Positions 1 to 11,252 of a stretch of DNA of 64,000 nt are shown here, piece by piece; the first letter of the stretch is position 1; every line of letters begins with the position of its first letter. Origin of the DNA: a virus. The position numbers and the translations under genes are program-made. Under the pieces are notes generated by a model. It was given only the letters and a program-made list of their open reading frames with translations, was not told where the DNA came from and did not search any database. The stretch lies in IMG/VR virus record IMGVR_UViG_3300045988_125278; one strand, 5' to 3'.

Positions 1-1159
1 TTTTATGATATCAGCTTCAATTTCAAGTCGCTCTAAATAATTTTTATTATCATAAAGTTGCTTTTCTTGTAAAGCTTTAATACATTCATTTACCCAATAT
101 CGTTCTTGAATATTGTCGCTATTAATTAAAGAACAGATAATTGGATATTTATCAAACCAATTTGAAGGAATGAATCCTTTCTTGTAATCCTTTACTTCAA
201 CTTTTGGAATAATTTGTTTTCTTTCTAATGAATAAAAAGAAATTTTATTTTGGATCTCTTGAGTGTTATCAAGAATCCAATTTATCAATTCTTTTCCTGT
301 TTTATTATCTTTATCCCAATCATTAGCATAAGGTTCCATTAATTCAAAAATTTCATCACTTGTCATTAAGTAAGTAAATTTATAAAAATCGTCAACCTCT
401 CTTTCTCCTGGCTTAGAAGTAAGATATGCTTTATGAATGGGTCTATCTTCTTTAGTTAAATAATGCGCATCTGTTCCAACTACCATTTTTAAATCAAACG
501 CCTTGGCGATTTGATAAATTTTATGATTTACAATTATTTGCTCAGCGTCAGTAGATGGCGCACATTCAAGATAAAAATCATCTTTTCCAAATACTTTAAT
601 ACAAAAATTGATATAATCAATTATTTGATTGTAATATTTAGTTTGAGTTTCAATATCTTTATTTAATTCTGCTTGGAACATTGGTAAAATACAGCTACCG
701 AGTTCTCCACCAATACAAGCAGTTGTTGCTATAACATGCCCTTTATATTGTTCCATTACCATTTCAAGTTCACTTTTTAAAGTAGGAACTCGTTCCATAC
801 GTCTATCAACATAACTATGAATCCAAGCAATAGAACTTAATTCTCTTAATGCTTTATGTCCGATGGCATCTTTAGCAATAAGAATAAAGTGGTAATATTT
901 TTGTCCGTTATCTCTTGTATCAGTGAGATAAATTTCATTACCAAGAGCAATAGTAAAATCAGGATTTTCTTCTCTTATTTTTTTTGCATATTGATTTACT
1001 TCCATATGTGCAGAAAGACATTCATGGTCTGTAATGGCGATGCCCGATAATCCTAATTCTATTGCTTTATCAATTAGTGCTGTTGGTCGATTAATACAGT
1101 CAAAGTAAACGGAGATTCGAATACATAGTATGTGAATGGCAATTAAAATATGATCTCAT
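1..1159 (-). CDS. DNA polymerase III alpha-like PHP-domain protein, N-terminal part (partial; continues beyond window start); ATG frame stops after 19 aa and the body continues in the +1 frame
   Basis: Minus-strand translation gives PHP motifs: HSHTMYS in the ATG frame (ATG 1157-1159, GGAGG RBS at 1168-1177), then ...RPTALIDKAIELGLSGIAITDHE...YHFILIAKDAIGHKALRELSS... in the +1 frame after CUUUGAC (1100-1106). Confidence 0.5.
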
Positions 1160-1198
1160 TCTAACTCCGACCCTCCTTTTATTTTAATTTATATTTAT

Positions 1199-1227
1199 AT
1201 AATATCATATTATTTAATAATAATCAA
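1199..1227 (-). promoter_or_regulatory. sigma70-like promoter TTGATT-N17-TATTAT for the DnaE-like gene
   Basis: hexamers on the minus strand; followed by GGAGG RBS. Confidence 0.5.
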
Positions 1228-1477
1228 ATCGAGAGATATAATTATCGCATATACTACGAATATCTCTTAAAAAATCAGCAAAATCTTTTGATCGAGTCGC
1301 TATCTTATGTATATTATCATGAACCATAGAATTTAACATATCTAATTCTACATTTAAGTCATGGGTAAAAAGTTCTAAATTAGAGGTTAAATCCTAAGCT
1401 AAATCCGCGTCTTTAAGAAACATATTATTTTCAAGTATAGCGTTAATACTTGAATTTAAATTAGATGTATTTAACAT
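1214..1477 (-). CDS. hypothetical protein (one in-frame TAG)
   Basis: ORF with ATG at 1475-1477 read through TAG at 1394-1396; promoter-like TTGATT-N17-TATTAT upstream of the neighbouring gene. Confidence 0.35.
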
Positions 1478-1478
1478 A

Positions 1479-2603
1479 TTACTTCCTTATAATTACTAAT
1501 TTATCACTGGCTCTAGTAGCCATAGTATATAAATATTTTTTATGTTCTTCTCGATCAAAAGGATGATTTTCTTCAAATCCTAATACTTTTCCATATTCAC
1601 TACCTTGCGCTTTCCAACAGGTAATAGCGTAAGCATAGGAGAAATCAAGTGGAGGATCGAGGCATTGTTTATTATTTCTTAATTGATAGCATTGGCTACC
1701 TGTAAGAGTCCCTTCACCGGTGATAAGTTGTTTATAATCAATTGGAGTCCCACAAAATTTATCTCCATCGCTTAAAACAATTTGAGTAAACATATAAGTA
1801 ATAGGAACTTCTGAAATATAATAAGGGACTCGAATGTCTTCAGTATAAAAATCTTCAATAGTTCCAACAGTGCCATTAGTTAAAGCCCATACTCGGTTCT
1901 CAGACATGAAATCCCAGTTATTATGTAATCCAATAATTTTATCTCCAATTTGAGGGACATTAGGATCAAATCCTTTTCTTAATCGGACTACATTATTAAT
2001 TTTAGTTCTTGTAGCATTTTTAGCACAAATGATCTAATCTGCCCAATCATACATTTCAGGTATAACTTGACTTTTATCATATACTCTTACTTGTTTTCCT
2101 TCTGGACGATAAGAAATTAAAGATTTGCCTTCTCTAATCCACATTGAAAAACGAATAATTTCACTATCTTGCGCTTGGCGCATAATTTCATCGAGAAAAA
2201 TATGTGGTTTATCTAATACATGATTATTTTCATTAGGATCTACAGGAGGCAATTGACCAGGGTCGCCCGCGGCAATGATATAAATACCATGGGTTAACAT
2301 TAAATCCCATAATTTTTTAGGGAGCATTGATACTTCATCGACAACAATTACTTTATATTGTGCTAATTCACTGTTATCTTTTGGAAAGAATTTAAAAGTT
2401 CCGTTAGCCATCATTTTAGCTTTATATAAAAGTTTATGCGCAGTTGTTGCGTTTGGACAACCTTTTTGTTGAAGCACAGTCGCGGCTTTACCTGTAAATG
2501 CCACATAACAAACTTCTTCTTCTGGATCGACATCAAGAGCAGAAATAATAAATTTAATCAAAGTGCTCTTTCCACTTCCAGTTAAGCGTAGCCAGCAATA
2601 CAA
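1479..2603 (-). CDS. Dda/RecD-like superfamily 1 DNA helicase (body; one in-frame TAG at 2034-2036)
   Basis: Walker A GYAGSGKST, VVDEVSM (DEAD-like), C-terminal KAQGSE...TMATRA motif VI; continuous frame 2603..1479 apart from the TAG. Confidence 0.75.
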
Positions 2604-2660
2604 GTATAACGTTCATTACTTTTGTATCTGGCTACCGCAATTTTCAAACCTTCTTCTTGT

Positions 2661-3179
2661 TTACGAGTTAGAATCAAGTTTTACTTCCTCCATTTCATTA
2701 AAATCTAATTCATTTAAATTCCATAATCCCGCATGAAATTCTTTATGGCAATTAGAACATAATAAGACACATTTTTTACTCTCTTCAATTGCTTTTTCTA
2801 TTGTAATTGAATCAGAAGAAACAATGGTATCTTTTTTACTTGGGTCAATATGATGAAATTCTAGAGCAGCAACACATTTATTATATCCGCATCTATGACA
2901 TTTACCATCGTATATTTTAGTCTTAATAAGTTCAACAAATTTACCTCTAGTAATTGTTTCTCCATCGGGAACACAATTATAACAAATTTTTCGTTTGTTA
3001 GCTGATTTAGTTAATGGAGAAAATTTTTCCCCACAAATTAAACAAGTTTTTCCTACTAAACCTCTATTATATCTTGATGCTTTATTTCTACAACTATCAC
3101 TACAATATTTAGCATCTTTTCGTTTAGCATCAAATTCTTTTCCACAAAAATTACAAATTAATTTCAATTTTATCATCAC
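2661..3179 (-). mobile_element. HNH homing endonuclease gene inserted in the 5' end of the Dda-like helicase
   Basis: Zn-ribbon CxxC pairs plus HNH motif HHIDPSKK...CSNCHKEFH; own RBS AAAGGTGA; flanked by diverged direct repeats of the helicase 5' coding sequence (2616-2661 vs 3283-3324). Confidence 0.8.
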
Positions 3180-3235
3180 CTTTCATAAATATATAAGAAA
3201 GGTTCTAAATGTATTATCGGATTTTGTCAAAAATT

Positions 3236-3325
3236 TTATCCAGCTATACAAGTCCAATGCTCATGGGCGTAATAGCGCTCAACCGCAATTTTTAATCCTT
3301 CTTCTTGTTTACGAGTTAATTCCAT
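3236..3325 (-). CDS. 29-aa N-terminal fragment of Dda-like helicase (MELTRKQEEGLKIAVERYYAHEHWTCIAG*), separated from the gene body by the HNH insertion
   Basis: ATG with GGAG RBS; matches the T4 Dda N-terminus and the duplicated copy ILTRKQEEGLKIAVARYKSNERYTCIAGYA* at 2616-2700. Confidence 0.45.
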   Translation of the reverse strand: MELTRKQEEGLKIAVERYYAHEHWTCIAG

Positions 3326-3530
3326 TTTCACAGTCTCCAGGGTTTAATCTATAATATTTATTTTCATCAACTATAAAATAATCACAAGCCCATTTTAATG
3401 TTCCATAAACACCTGTTGTATGTCTATCTATGTTATCTAATTTAGAAATTAATTCTTGAGCTTTATTATAATAAGAACAATTTTCATAATTAGAACAATA
3501 ATTACATTGTTCTTTCCAGTAAATCCACAT
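3309..3530 (-). CDS. hypothetical Cys-rich small protein
   Basis: ORF track; overlapping start/stop with neighbours. Confidence 0.3.
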   Translation of the reverse strand: MWIYWKEQCNYCSNYENCSYYNKAQELISKLDNIDRHTTGVYGTLKWACDYFIVDENKYYRLNPGDCENGINS

Positions 3531-3808
3531 TAATCATGTTCTCCAATTGCTTCATTAAGAATTTGGTAAAAACGCATACAATCTCTTTCATAAAGGTCTC
3601 TAGCCACGTTTTCAGCTTCTCTTTTAGAATATCCTTTACTATTAATATACATTTCAATATCTTCCTTCATAGCTTTATAGCGAGCTAATTGGTATCTATA
3701 ACAAAGACTATCATATATATAACCTTTAGTATGTTTTTCTCTTTTTTCAAAAAATTCTAAACTATTATCGTATTTATAAGCTTTATCAATCATTTCTTTT
3801 AAATCCAT
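3530..3808 (-). CDS. hypothetical protein
   Basis: ORF; TTGACT-N17-TATTAT promoter at about 3833-3861. Confidence 0.4.
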   Translation of the reverse strand: MDLKEMIDKAYKYDNSLEFFEKREKHTKGYIYDSLCYRYQLARYKAMKEDIEMYINSKGYSKREAENVARDLYERDCMRFYQILNEAIGEHD

Positions 3809-3871
3809 AATATTTTTCTTCTTTCTTCATTTATATTTATATAATACCATATTTTAATTATTTAGTCAAAT

Positions 3872-4318
3872 TTAGAATATAATAAAGTCATTATTTGTAT
3901 TGTCAGCTTTAATTATCATAGGCGGCCCAAAAGAAATAGTTTTTGTGCGTGGTTGATTAGATTCAGAAAAAATTTCAGATTCAAGTTTTTCCCCAAAAAT
4001 TTCTAAATCACTTTTTTCATTTGACTTGTCGGTTTCTTCGTCTGTTCCCGGTTCGGACCAGTATCCTTCTTCTTTATAACCAGTAGTGGAAGCTTTAATC
4101 CATATGTCTGCTAATTTATTTAATACATCAAATAATTTTTCTTCAGAAGAAATTCCTAACTTAGCCAATTGATTGTTTATTTCATCATTAGCTTTTTTAT
4201 ATTCATAACTATAAGATGCTAAAGTTCTTGAAAGCTTTCTAAGGGCTTCGCCCCCTTCCTCTGGGCTTGATTGCCATATCATATTGATATCACTATCATA
4301 ATAATTAAGTTTTTCCAT
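3872..4318 (-). CDS. hypothetical acidic protein
   Basis: ORF; hairpin terminator of upstream gene at 4343-4376. Confidence 0.35.
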   Translation of the reverse strand: MEKLNYYDSDINMIWQSSPEEGGEALRKLSRTLASYSYEYKKANDEINNQLAKLGISSEEKLFDVLNKLADIWIKASTTGYKEEGYWSEPGTDEETDKSNEKSDLEIFGEKLESEIFSESNQPRTKTISFGPPMIIKADNTNNDFIIF

Positions 4319-4342
4319 AATTTACTCCATAAATAAAAATAA

Positions 4343-4376
4343 TGGCTATATGAAGAAATAAATCTTCATATAGCCA
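4343..4376 (-). terminator. hairpin terminator
   Basis: tggctatatgaag...cttcatatagcca inverted repeat + A/T run. Confidence 0.5.
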
Positions 4377-4381
4377 TAAAA

Positions 4382-5221
4382 TTAATTAGTAAAATAATTA
4401 TAAGCAATGGTCGCATTCTTTTGTCTTTGATTCAAAGAACTTGACCCGCAACGCTCATAACATTTCGCAAATGCTTTCGCAACTTCTTTCTCGTCATTTA
4501 AATTTAAAAAAGAATTAAAATTAAATCCTCTTTTATATGAAGAACCAAAAGTATTAAATTCATATTCAATAGTATTTATTAAGAATTCACATTGTGAATC
4601 TAAATTAGAATACCAAACACTTGGATATCCTTTACTCCATTGACAAATTCCATAATAATATTTATTAGAAGCAGTTGGCTGTAAGGATAAAGTATGTCCG
4701 CCACATTCCGCCATCATATTACCTAAAATGCCAGCGCAAACCGCGTCATTCCAACCTTGGTCTTTCATATAAAGCCAAATTTCTGTCGCTACTGGATAAA
4801 TAGATAATTTATCATTCCATTGAGAATTAATTTCGTTTAAACGATTTTGATAAATTTCTAAATATTCATTAGCAGTTTCATATTCTTTTTTAGCAAATTC
4901 AATAATAGGATGATTTTCATCATATCCTAGTGCTCTTGTTGCTTCGGCTAAGTCATGAGCGCTATTTACAATCTCTTGATATTCTTGGATCAGAGATTTA
5001 AGTTCTTTACGATTAACTGTATCGCTAATTTCTCTACTCATAGGCTCCATATCAGCAGTTTCTTCTGTTAAGAAATTATATACAGTTGATGATTCAGAAG
5101 GGATGTAAGCTTCCGAAAAAGTAGTAATTTCGCTATAATTTAAAGCAAGAGCAGATGTTTGTAAAATAAAAATTAATACAAAACAAATAATACTTCCTGC
5201 TAAAATCTTATATCTTTTCAT
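4382..5221 (-). CDS. secreted lysozyme-like peptidoglycan hydrolase (phage tail lysozyme family-like)
   Basis: N-terminal signal/TM segment; AGILGNMMAECGG...YGICQWS motif resembling the phage tail-lysozyme domain also present in the endolysin at 29030-30330. Confidence 0.45.
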   Translation of the reverse strand: MKRYKILAGSIICFVLIFILQTSALALNYSEITTFSEAYIPSESSTVYNFLTEETADMEPMSREISDTVNRKELKSLIQEYQEIVNSAHDLAEATRALGYDENHPIIEFAKKEYETANEYLEIYQNRLNEINSQWNDKLSIYPVATEIWLYMKDQGWNDAVCAGILGNMMAECGGHTLSLQPTASNKYYYGICQWSKGYPSVWYSNLDSQCEFLINTIEYEFNTFGSSYKRGFNFNSFLNLNDEKEVAKAFAKCYERCGSSSLNQRQKNATIAYNYFTN

Positions 5222-5394
5222 AAATGATTTCCTCCTAATAGGTTTTTTAAGTCTATTAGTCGTAGTGTCAATTATTAAAAATAATAAGCAGCCCTATCTA
5301 CAATTTCGTAATCTTCTATAATAATCTAAGGACTAATATTATTATTCCATATATTTCGTTCGCATTTACCAACGATATTAATTGTCACATAACC

Positions 5395-7023
5395 CTATTC
5401 AGAATACAATTTCTCGTATTCCTCCTCGGACGACTTAAACTTGATTAAACTGATGCCATCTGGCATAGTTATCTTCAAGGTAGGATTTTTATCTTTTGAC
5501 ATTAAAGTTAAGTTATTTGATGCAACTTTTACTCCTTCAACGGCAATAGATGCTTCTTCTACCCCTTGGCCCCAAAGTGGTTTAAGTTGAGCAATATCAA
5601 TGATATCTTTTCCAACTAAATCATTAGTGTGATAAATAAAATCAACACTATAAATTGGGGTGAAATCAAAATCTTGTAAAGCAGAATTCGCATATTCAAT
5701 AAATTTATCAAAATTATCATCAATAATACCAAATCCAAAAGCGTTAGGATGTCCTTCCGCATACATAATTAGATTTGATTTTTGACAAAATTCTCTAAAG
5801 TCTTTAAGTGCGGATTTGTCGTATCCTCTGCCGGAGCCTTCCCAACAAATTTGTTGAGTTTCTTCATCTATTGTTTTATTAAGAATTAAAACAGGACGTT
5901 GATATTTGCTCATTAATTGATTGGCCATTAACCCAGTCAAATTTTTGTCAGCAGCAAATCCATCTAACTTAATTCCTAAGATTTTATTACTTAAAAGATT
6001 TTGATTTACGATTATCTATTCAATTTTTTCCAAGCTAGTGTCTCTGATTTTAGTTTGCCTATTCTTGATATTAGTACAATTACGACAAGCTTGTTCTACT
6101 CTTGTTTCTGCTTGACCTTTACATCCACGTTTTGTTGAAGGGACAAGTTCGTATCCCTTAAAATCAAGCATTGACTCGAATAGCATGAGCTTTTCTTCTT
6201 GCGTCCCAACACGAGTAGTTGCATTAACTAAAGGAGCAATATAGAAAGCTACTCCAATAGGCGTAATCTCATTATTAAAATGAAACTAATCTCTATTGAT
6301 TATGCCTCTGAAGTAAGGATTGGTGATTTGTTGTAAGCCTTTATTAATTAAATGTTTTGTTTCAAAATCACGCATATCCATCATGTCGGCCACCATTCCA
6401 AGAGCAACTAAATCCAATATATGATCCGCATACCGAACATTCATAAGTTCATCAATATAACAACAAAACTTATAAACCATTCCTACACCAGATAAAGATT
6501 TAGTTGGATAATCACATAATTGGTTGTTAATAATACAAGCATACTATGATATTTTATCAGCTTCATGGTGGTCTATTACCAACACGTCAATACCATTTTT
6601 ATATAAATATTCGTGTTCTAAATAATCATTTGATGAAGAATCTGGAGCAATTACTAATTTAATATCTTTATCAATACTATCTGGTATAATTCCGTGTTGT
6701 TTTCCTGCATGGACACGATAAAAAATATTGTTTTGCACAAACGCAGGAAAAAGACAGTATAAGTAATTCATGAGTGCGGCCGCCGAAGTATAGCCATCAC
6801 AATCACTATCTACCTATATAAGAACTTTGTCATTTTGTGCAATATGTTTGACGAGCATTTTTGCACCACTTTCTATTCTATCAATAGTTGCTGGTTCGAT
6901 AATGTCATCATCAGTGGTATTAAGATAATGAGGAATATCTTGTAATTTAATTCCTCTATTGGTTAGCACCTGTTCGACCGCTGAATACTGCGGGATGCGA
7001 GGGGCTTTTAGTTGATAGTCCAT
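5395..7023 (-). CDS. DHH-family phosphoesterase / RecJ-like exonuclease (TAG-recoded; may extend to about 5278 through further TAGs)
   Basis: DHH motif LVIDHHEADK; segments 6814-7023, 6544-6771, 6286-6480 and 5395-5940 are in one frame joined by TAG (cta at 6814, 6544, 6286, 5395). Confidence 0.65.
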
Positions 7024-7092
7024 AGGCTATTCAACCTCCTTTCATAATACCACCACTATTATTTAAGAATTTCTATAATTTACTTATTCATA

Positions 7093-7410
7093 TCAGTCCT
7101 CTCCTACTGGATCACCATAGTAATGATAAGCAGTATAAGGAAGGGCTTTTGTGCATGGAAAAATAATAGTTTCAATAACTGAAAGAGGAGTTTGACGAGA
7201 AATATAAGAAATATTACACTTGTGACCTCTAGCATTTTCAGTAGAAATAACTACTTTCCAATAATCTTCATTTTCAAAAACTATAGAATAATGATTGATA
7301 GATTTATTTTTTTCTATTGGTTTTATACCCATTGCTTTATATTGTTCTTCAATTCTTTCTAATTGTTCAGTTCCTTCAATGAAAGTATTACACCAAACAA
7401 TACCTGTCAT
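7093..7410 (-). CDS. hypothetical protein
   Basis: ORF. Confidence 0.35.
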   Translation of the reverse strand: MTGIVWCNTFIEGTEQLERIEEQYKAMGIKPIEKNKSINHYSIVFENEDYWKVVISTENARGHKCNISYISRQTPLSVIETIIFPCTKALPYTAYHYYGDPVGED

Positions 7411-7697
7411 AAACCACTCTCTCCCATCTTATGTCCTAATGGACAAATATGAAAAAGAACAGGAATTTCCATTTCCGTATATCCTTTTTCTAAATCTCCA
7501 TTATACCTAATTACTTTTCGAGTTTCAATTCCACTTGAGATACAATTACTGGTTTTATCATAATATTTATTACATTTATCACAATAAATACAATTTCGGA
7601 GCAAACTATCTCTTTGTTTTTTTAATCCTTCAATTTGCGCACTCAATGAAATAATTGTATCATTTATAGAAATAGGAATATCATAATCATCATTCAT
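7407..7697 (-). CDS. hypothetical Zn-ribbon protein
   Basis: CxxC...CxxC pairs. Confidence 0.35.
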   Translation of the reverse strand: MNDDYDIPISINDTIISLSAQIEGLKKQRDSLLRNCIYCDKCNKYYDKTSNCISSGIETRKVIRYNGDLEKGYTEMEIPVLFHICPLGHKMGESGL

Positions 7698-8797
7698 ATA
7701 AATATCCTTTCCTTATATAATTGTAAAAATTTTTCTTTACCATCATCAATTGGTGAATCTTTGTATTTTGTAATCATATTTTTATCAAAAATAAAAGATA
7801 TAAGCACATCATTTTTAAATTTAGTTCTAATCTTTAAAAGATTTAATTTTAAGTGTTGAAATTCTGCGTCTCCAATTTCTTGGAATTGCCTATCAAAAGC
7901 AATTATAATTTCTTGCGCACCACTATCTAATAATAATTGAATTTGATGCGAAGAAACATTACTTCCGCAACAAGCTACTGATATATTGTTATTCCAACCG
8001 AAATCAGTAGCATATTTCAATACTGATTTTTCACTTTCAAAAATTATTGCTTTTTTCATTATGCCAATGGCATTTTTAGACCAATTTAATCCATATAAGT
8101 TCATTCCAAGAGGATGATTATATAATTGATTATTTATTTTCATTGGTCTATATTTCCCATATAGCTCCGCCTCGTCTTTGCACATAGTGCGTCCGCGCAA
8201 CCCTACAAATCTTCCACTAATATCATAATGCGGAATTGTAATTTGATCGGCTCCTGGATAAAAACCAATACGCGCTTTATTAATTACTTCTTGAGAAATC
8301 CCCTCATCAAGCCAAGGAATTATTTTAATATTATAATTTAATCTATTCAAAATAGAATCATCATAATCTTTTAAAATAATTTTATTATTTTTTAATTCAA
8401 TCTCTTGAATACGAGAATAATTTGATAAAATTTTCCAATCATCTAAAGTTTTACCCATGTCGTCATCTTTTATCATACCTGATAAACCAAAGCGACGAGC
8501 GACCCATAAAACTGAATCATTTAAATCAAATTCTTCATCATATTGAATTTTCATTACTTTAGAACATAATTCAAAAATATCAAAAGTTGAATCACATCCT
8601 GTATAGCATTTAAATAATCCTGTATTTTCATAAAAATAAAGTTTTCTGCTACCTTCTCCAGGAGGATTATGACAAATGGTGGAAGAGAGAATCCCGAATT
8701 CTGTATATTCAGGATCTCCGCCCCATTCAATTAATAAATCATAAATATTTTCAAGCCCAAGAGCTTGACGAATTTCTGATTTATCAAATACTATCAT
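7694..8797 (-). CDS. DNA primase (DnaG/T4 gp61-like, Zn-finger + TOPRIM)
   Basis: CHNPP...CYTGCD zinc finger; TOPRIM-like IIFESEKS and IIIAFDRQ. Confidence 0.7.
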   Translation of the reverse strand: MIVFDKSEIRQALGLENIYDLLIEWGGDPEYTEFGILSSTICHNPPGEGSRKLYFYENTGLFKCYTGCDSTFDIFELCSKVMKIQYDEEFDLNDSVLWVARRFGLSGMIKDDDMGKTLDDWKILSNYSRIQEIELKNNKIILKDYDDSILNRLNYNIKIIPWLDEGISQEVINKARIGFYPGADQITIPHYDISGRFVGLRGRTMCKDEAELYGKYRPMKINNQLYNHPLGMNLYGLNWSKNAIGIMKKAIIFESEKSVLKYATDFGWNNNISVACCGSNVSSHQIQLLLDSGAQEIIIAFDRQFQEIGDAEFQHLKLNLLKIRTKFKNDVLISFIFDKNMITKYKDSPIDDGKEKFLQLYKERIFI

Positions 8798-8966
8798 AAG
8801 TAATTACTTTAGAACAATTTCTCATAAGCCCACACTGTTCATTAACATAATGGACAAGCATTTCTTGCGGACGAAGCTTAGCAAGACTGGGAACAGCTTT
8901 ATAAGAACGAATAATCTCCTTAGCCATTCTATTGCTCATCTTGTATTCAACATTACCACTCTTCAT
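8784..8966 (-). CDS. hypothetical small protein
   Basis: ORF with AAGGAGA RBS. Confidence 0.3.
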   Translation of the reverse strand: MKSGNVEYKMSNRMAKEIIRSYKAVPSLAKLRPQEMLVHYVNEQCGLMRNCSKVITYDSI

Positions 8967-8984
8967 AATTTTTCTCCTTAATTT

Positions 8985-9688
8985 TAAATTAAATCATTTA
9001 ATGAAATATTATCTTTATTTAAATATGAAATTCTAATTAAAGGAATTCCATGTTCTTTACAATAATTATTTTTTAATTCATCACATTTTTGCTAATACAT
9101 AATTTTTTCTTTAGTATTCCATCCTCCAATATAGTTTGTTGAATGTGTTTCTCCATCATATTCGATTAATTTTTTTACCATATTATCATCATCTAATATA
9201 GCAAAATCAAATCTTAAATAACCATTTTTAGGAGATAATAAATCAGAAAAAACGTATTCTTTTTTATAACTAATATTATTTTTCTTAAGGATATTTTCTA
9301 TAATATATTCCCCTTGTGATTGTTTCAGGCAACCACAAGATATAGTAGTTTTTTGTTTTAAACTATTTGAAGATACTTCTGTAATTTTTCCACATTCACA
9401 TTGGCATTCCCAAATAATGCCTCTTTCTTTAGTCCTTTTTCCGCTATCTTTTAAAACTGTTAATTTACCAAATTTCTAGCCCACTAAATTATTTGAAATT
9501 TTTTCTTTGCGTAAACACCCACAAGATTGAGTTAAACCAGAGACTAAGTTTGCTCTTTGTATACTTTTTATTGTACCACAAGAACATTGACAAATCCAAT
9601 ATTGTTGTTTGGATTTTCTTTCTGTATCTAATTTCAATACCGTTAATCTATTAAAAATTTGTCCTGTTAAATCTTTCATTAAATTCAT
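8985..9688 (-). CDS. tandem Zn-ribbon DNA-binding protein with C-terminal nuclease-like domain (one TAG at 9476; possible free-standing endonuclease)
   Basis: Two repeats of FG+LTVL...WxCxCxCG...SCGC (same N-terminal module as the HNH gene at 56579-57145); C-terminal EYDGETH motif. Confidence 0.4.
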
Positions 9689-9742
9689 CTCCTCTATTAT
9701 TTTTAAATGAATAGGAGAGCATTTTAAGAAAAATTGTCCTTG

Positions 9743-10219
9743 TCAAAAAGCACTTTCTTCTTCAAGAGTAATTTTTATATCATCAATAGGAACAAGTTCA
9801 TAAGCATATGTAGTACAAAACATAGGAATAATTCTACAAGTTCCTAAATCTGCTTTACACCATAAAATAACTCCTTTATACCTACCACGTCTATTTTTAT
9901 AAACAGACATTTTAATAGTTGGAGTATCAAATAATTTTGTGTTTAGTATTTTTTCCAATGAAATTAAATCATCATCTTGGACATTTAAAAGAATTGATCC
10001 ATAATCTACTTTATCGGCAATAGATTTTGCTCCACGCAAAAGATTCTGGTCAGGGGTTTTAGAATCAACATAATCACCGTTTAACTGTGTTGCTGACATA
10101 ATAAAAACGCCATACTGATTACAGATATCTTTTAATTTGTTAGATAGCATAAAAAGTATATTATCTTCACGAAGTTTTACTCCGCCACTACGACGAGTAA
10201 TTTCTTCAAGAATTTTCAT
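9743..10219 (-). CDS. DnaB-like replicative helicase, 3' exon
   Basis: ...GVFIMSATQLN...LRGAKSIADKVDYGSILLNVQ matches the DnaB C-terminal region. Confidence 0.7.
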   Translation of the reverse strand: MKILEEITRRSGGVKLREDNILFMLSNKLKDICNQYGVFIMSATQLNGDYVDSKTPDQNLLRGAKSIADKVDYGSILLNVQDDDLISLEKILNTKLFDTPTIKMSVYKNRRGRYKGVILWCKADLGTCRIIPMFCTTYAYELVPIDDIKITLEEESAF

Positions 10220-11252
10220 GCTTGTATGAATATAGTCATGGCACGTTATTCTTATATTTCTATAAGCGCTGACTATCTCTTACCCTCTAAGTAAATAGAG
10301 AGGAAACCATTTCGGCATTTAACTCACTTCGTTTCCTAAAATGAGACTACGTATCAATAGTAGCCCTACTTCCCCGCCCGGAAGGCCTGGGGAATAGTCG
10401 ATACAGGTTATTTAGACGTTTTTCCAAGTTCTTTTATTAATTATATCAGCAATTGTACCTTTAGATACACCATATTTTTCTGCTAATTTGTCATAAGATA
10501 AATTTGTTTTTTCTCTATCTTCTCTAATTTGTTTAACTATATTAGCAGTTAACTTAGTATGGCGCCCTTTTTGAAATACTTCTGGCATAATTAATCCATA
10601 TCTTTTTCCAGTCCAAATATTTAAAAATGAATTATAATGTAATCTATTTACATATTTCTTTTTATATATTTCAGTAGGACTTTCTTTATTTAGATATGCT
10701 TTTCTTAATTCAATAACTTCTTCCTCTGTTAATTTAGCCTAACCCCAAATTTCTTTTTTTCTATATTCTAATGTTTTTGGCTTTTTACAATTCTTTCCGC
10801 CATCTTCAACATTATATCCATTGGGGACTTTTGAATTAAATTTATTTATATAATATATTTCAAGATTATTTAAAATCTCTACATCATCAATATCCTAAAC
10901 TAAGATTTCATAAGAGAAATTTTCATAACCATATTTTCTAAAAGCCTAATGTAACAATGAATTATACTCAATACTTTTAGGATTTTTATAATTACTTTTA
11001 TGACATCTAAATCTCTATTCAGGATTTATTGTTTGACCTATATATTTTTTATTATTTATTTTATTAGTATAACAATAAATAATACCCATTTAATCACTTC
11101 CTTCATTTTTATATGAAAGAAGTCAGAAGTTATTTGACTATAATCGTCCAAATTTTCCCACGGGATTCCCATGCGTTTTCCGTTTAGGGTTCCCCGTTAG
11201 CCTATTCATTTAAATAGACCCCTAGCGATAACTAGGAAAAGTTTTTCATTAT
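10220..11252 (-). mobile_element. group I intron (family copy A, boundaries +/-30 nt) in the DnaB-like helicase gene
   Basis: Splits a contiguous DnaB homologue; conserved core blocks shared with copies B and C (AAAAACUUUUCC..., GGCUAACGGGGAA, AAUCCCGUGGGAAA, CCUGUAUCGACUAUUCCCC...GGGG hairpin, AGAUAGUCA S-like element); contains a GIY-YIG ORF. Confidence 0.6.
10422..11089 (-). mobile_element. intron-encoded GIY-YIG homing endonuclease (4 in-frame TAGs)
   Basis: MGIIYCYTNKINNKKYIGQT...INPE(TAG)RFRCH...YGYENFSYEIL; NUMOD-like C-terminus. Confidence 0.8.
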
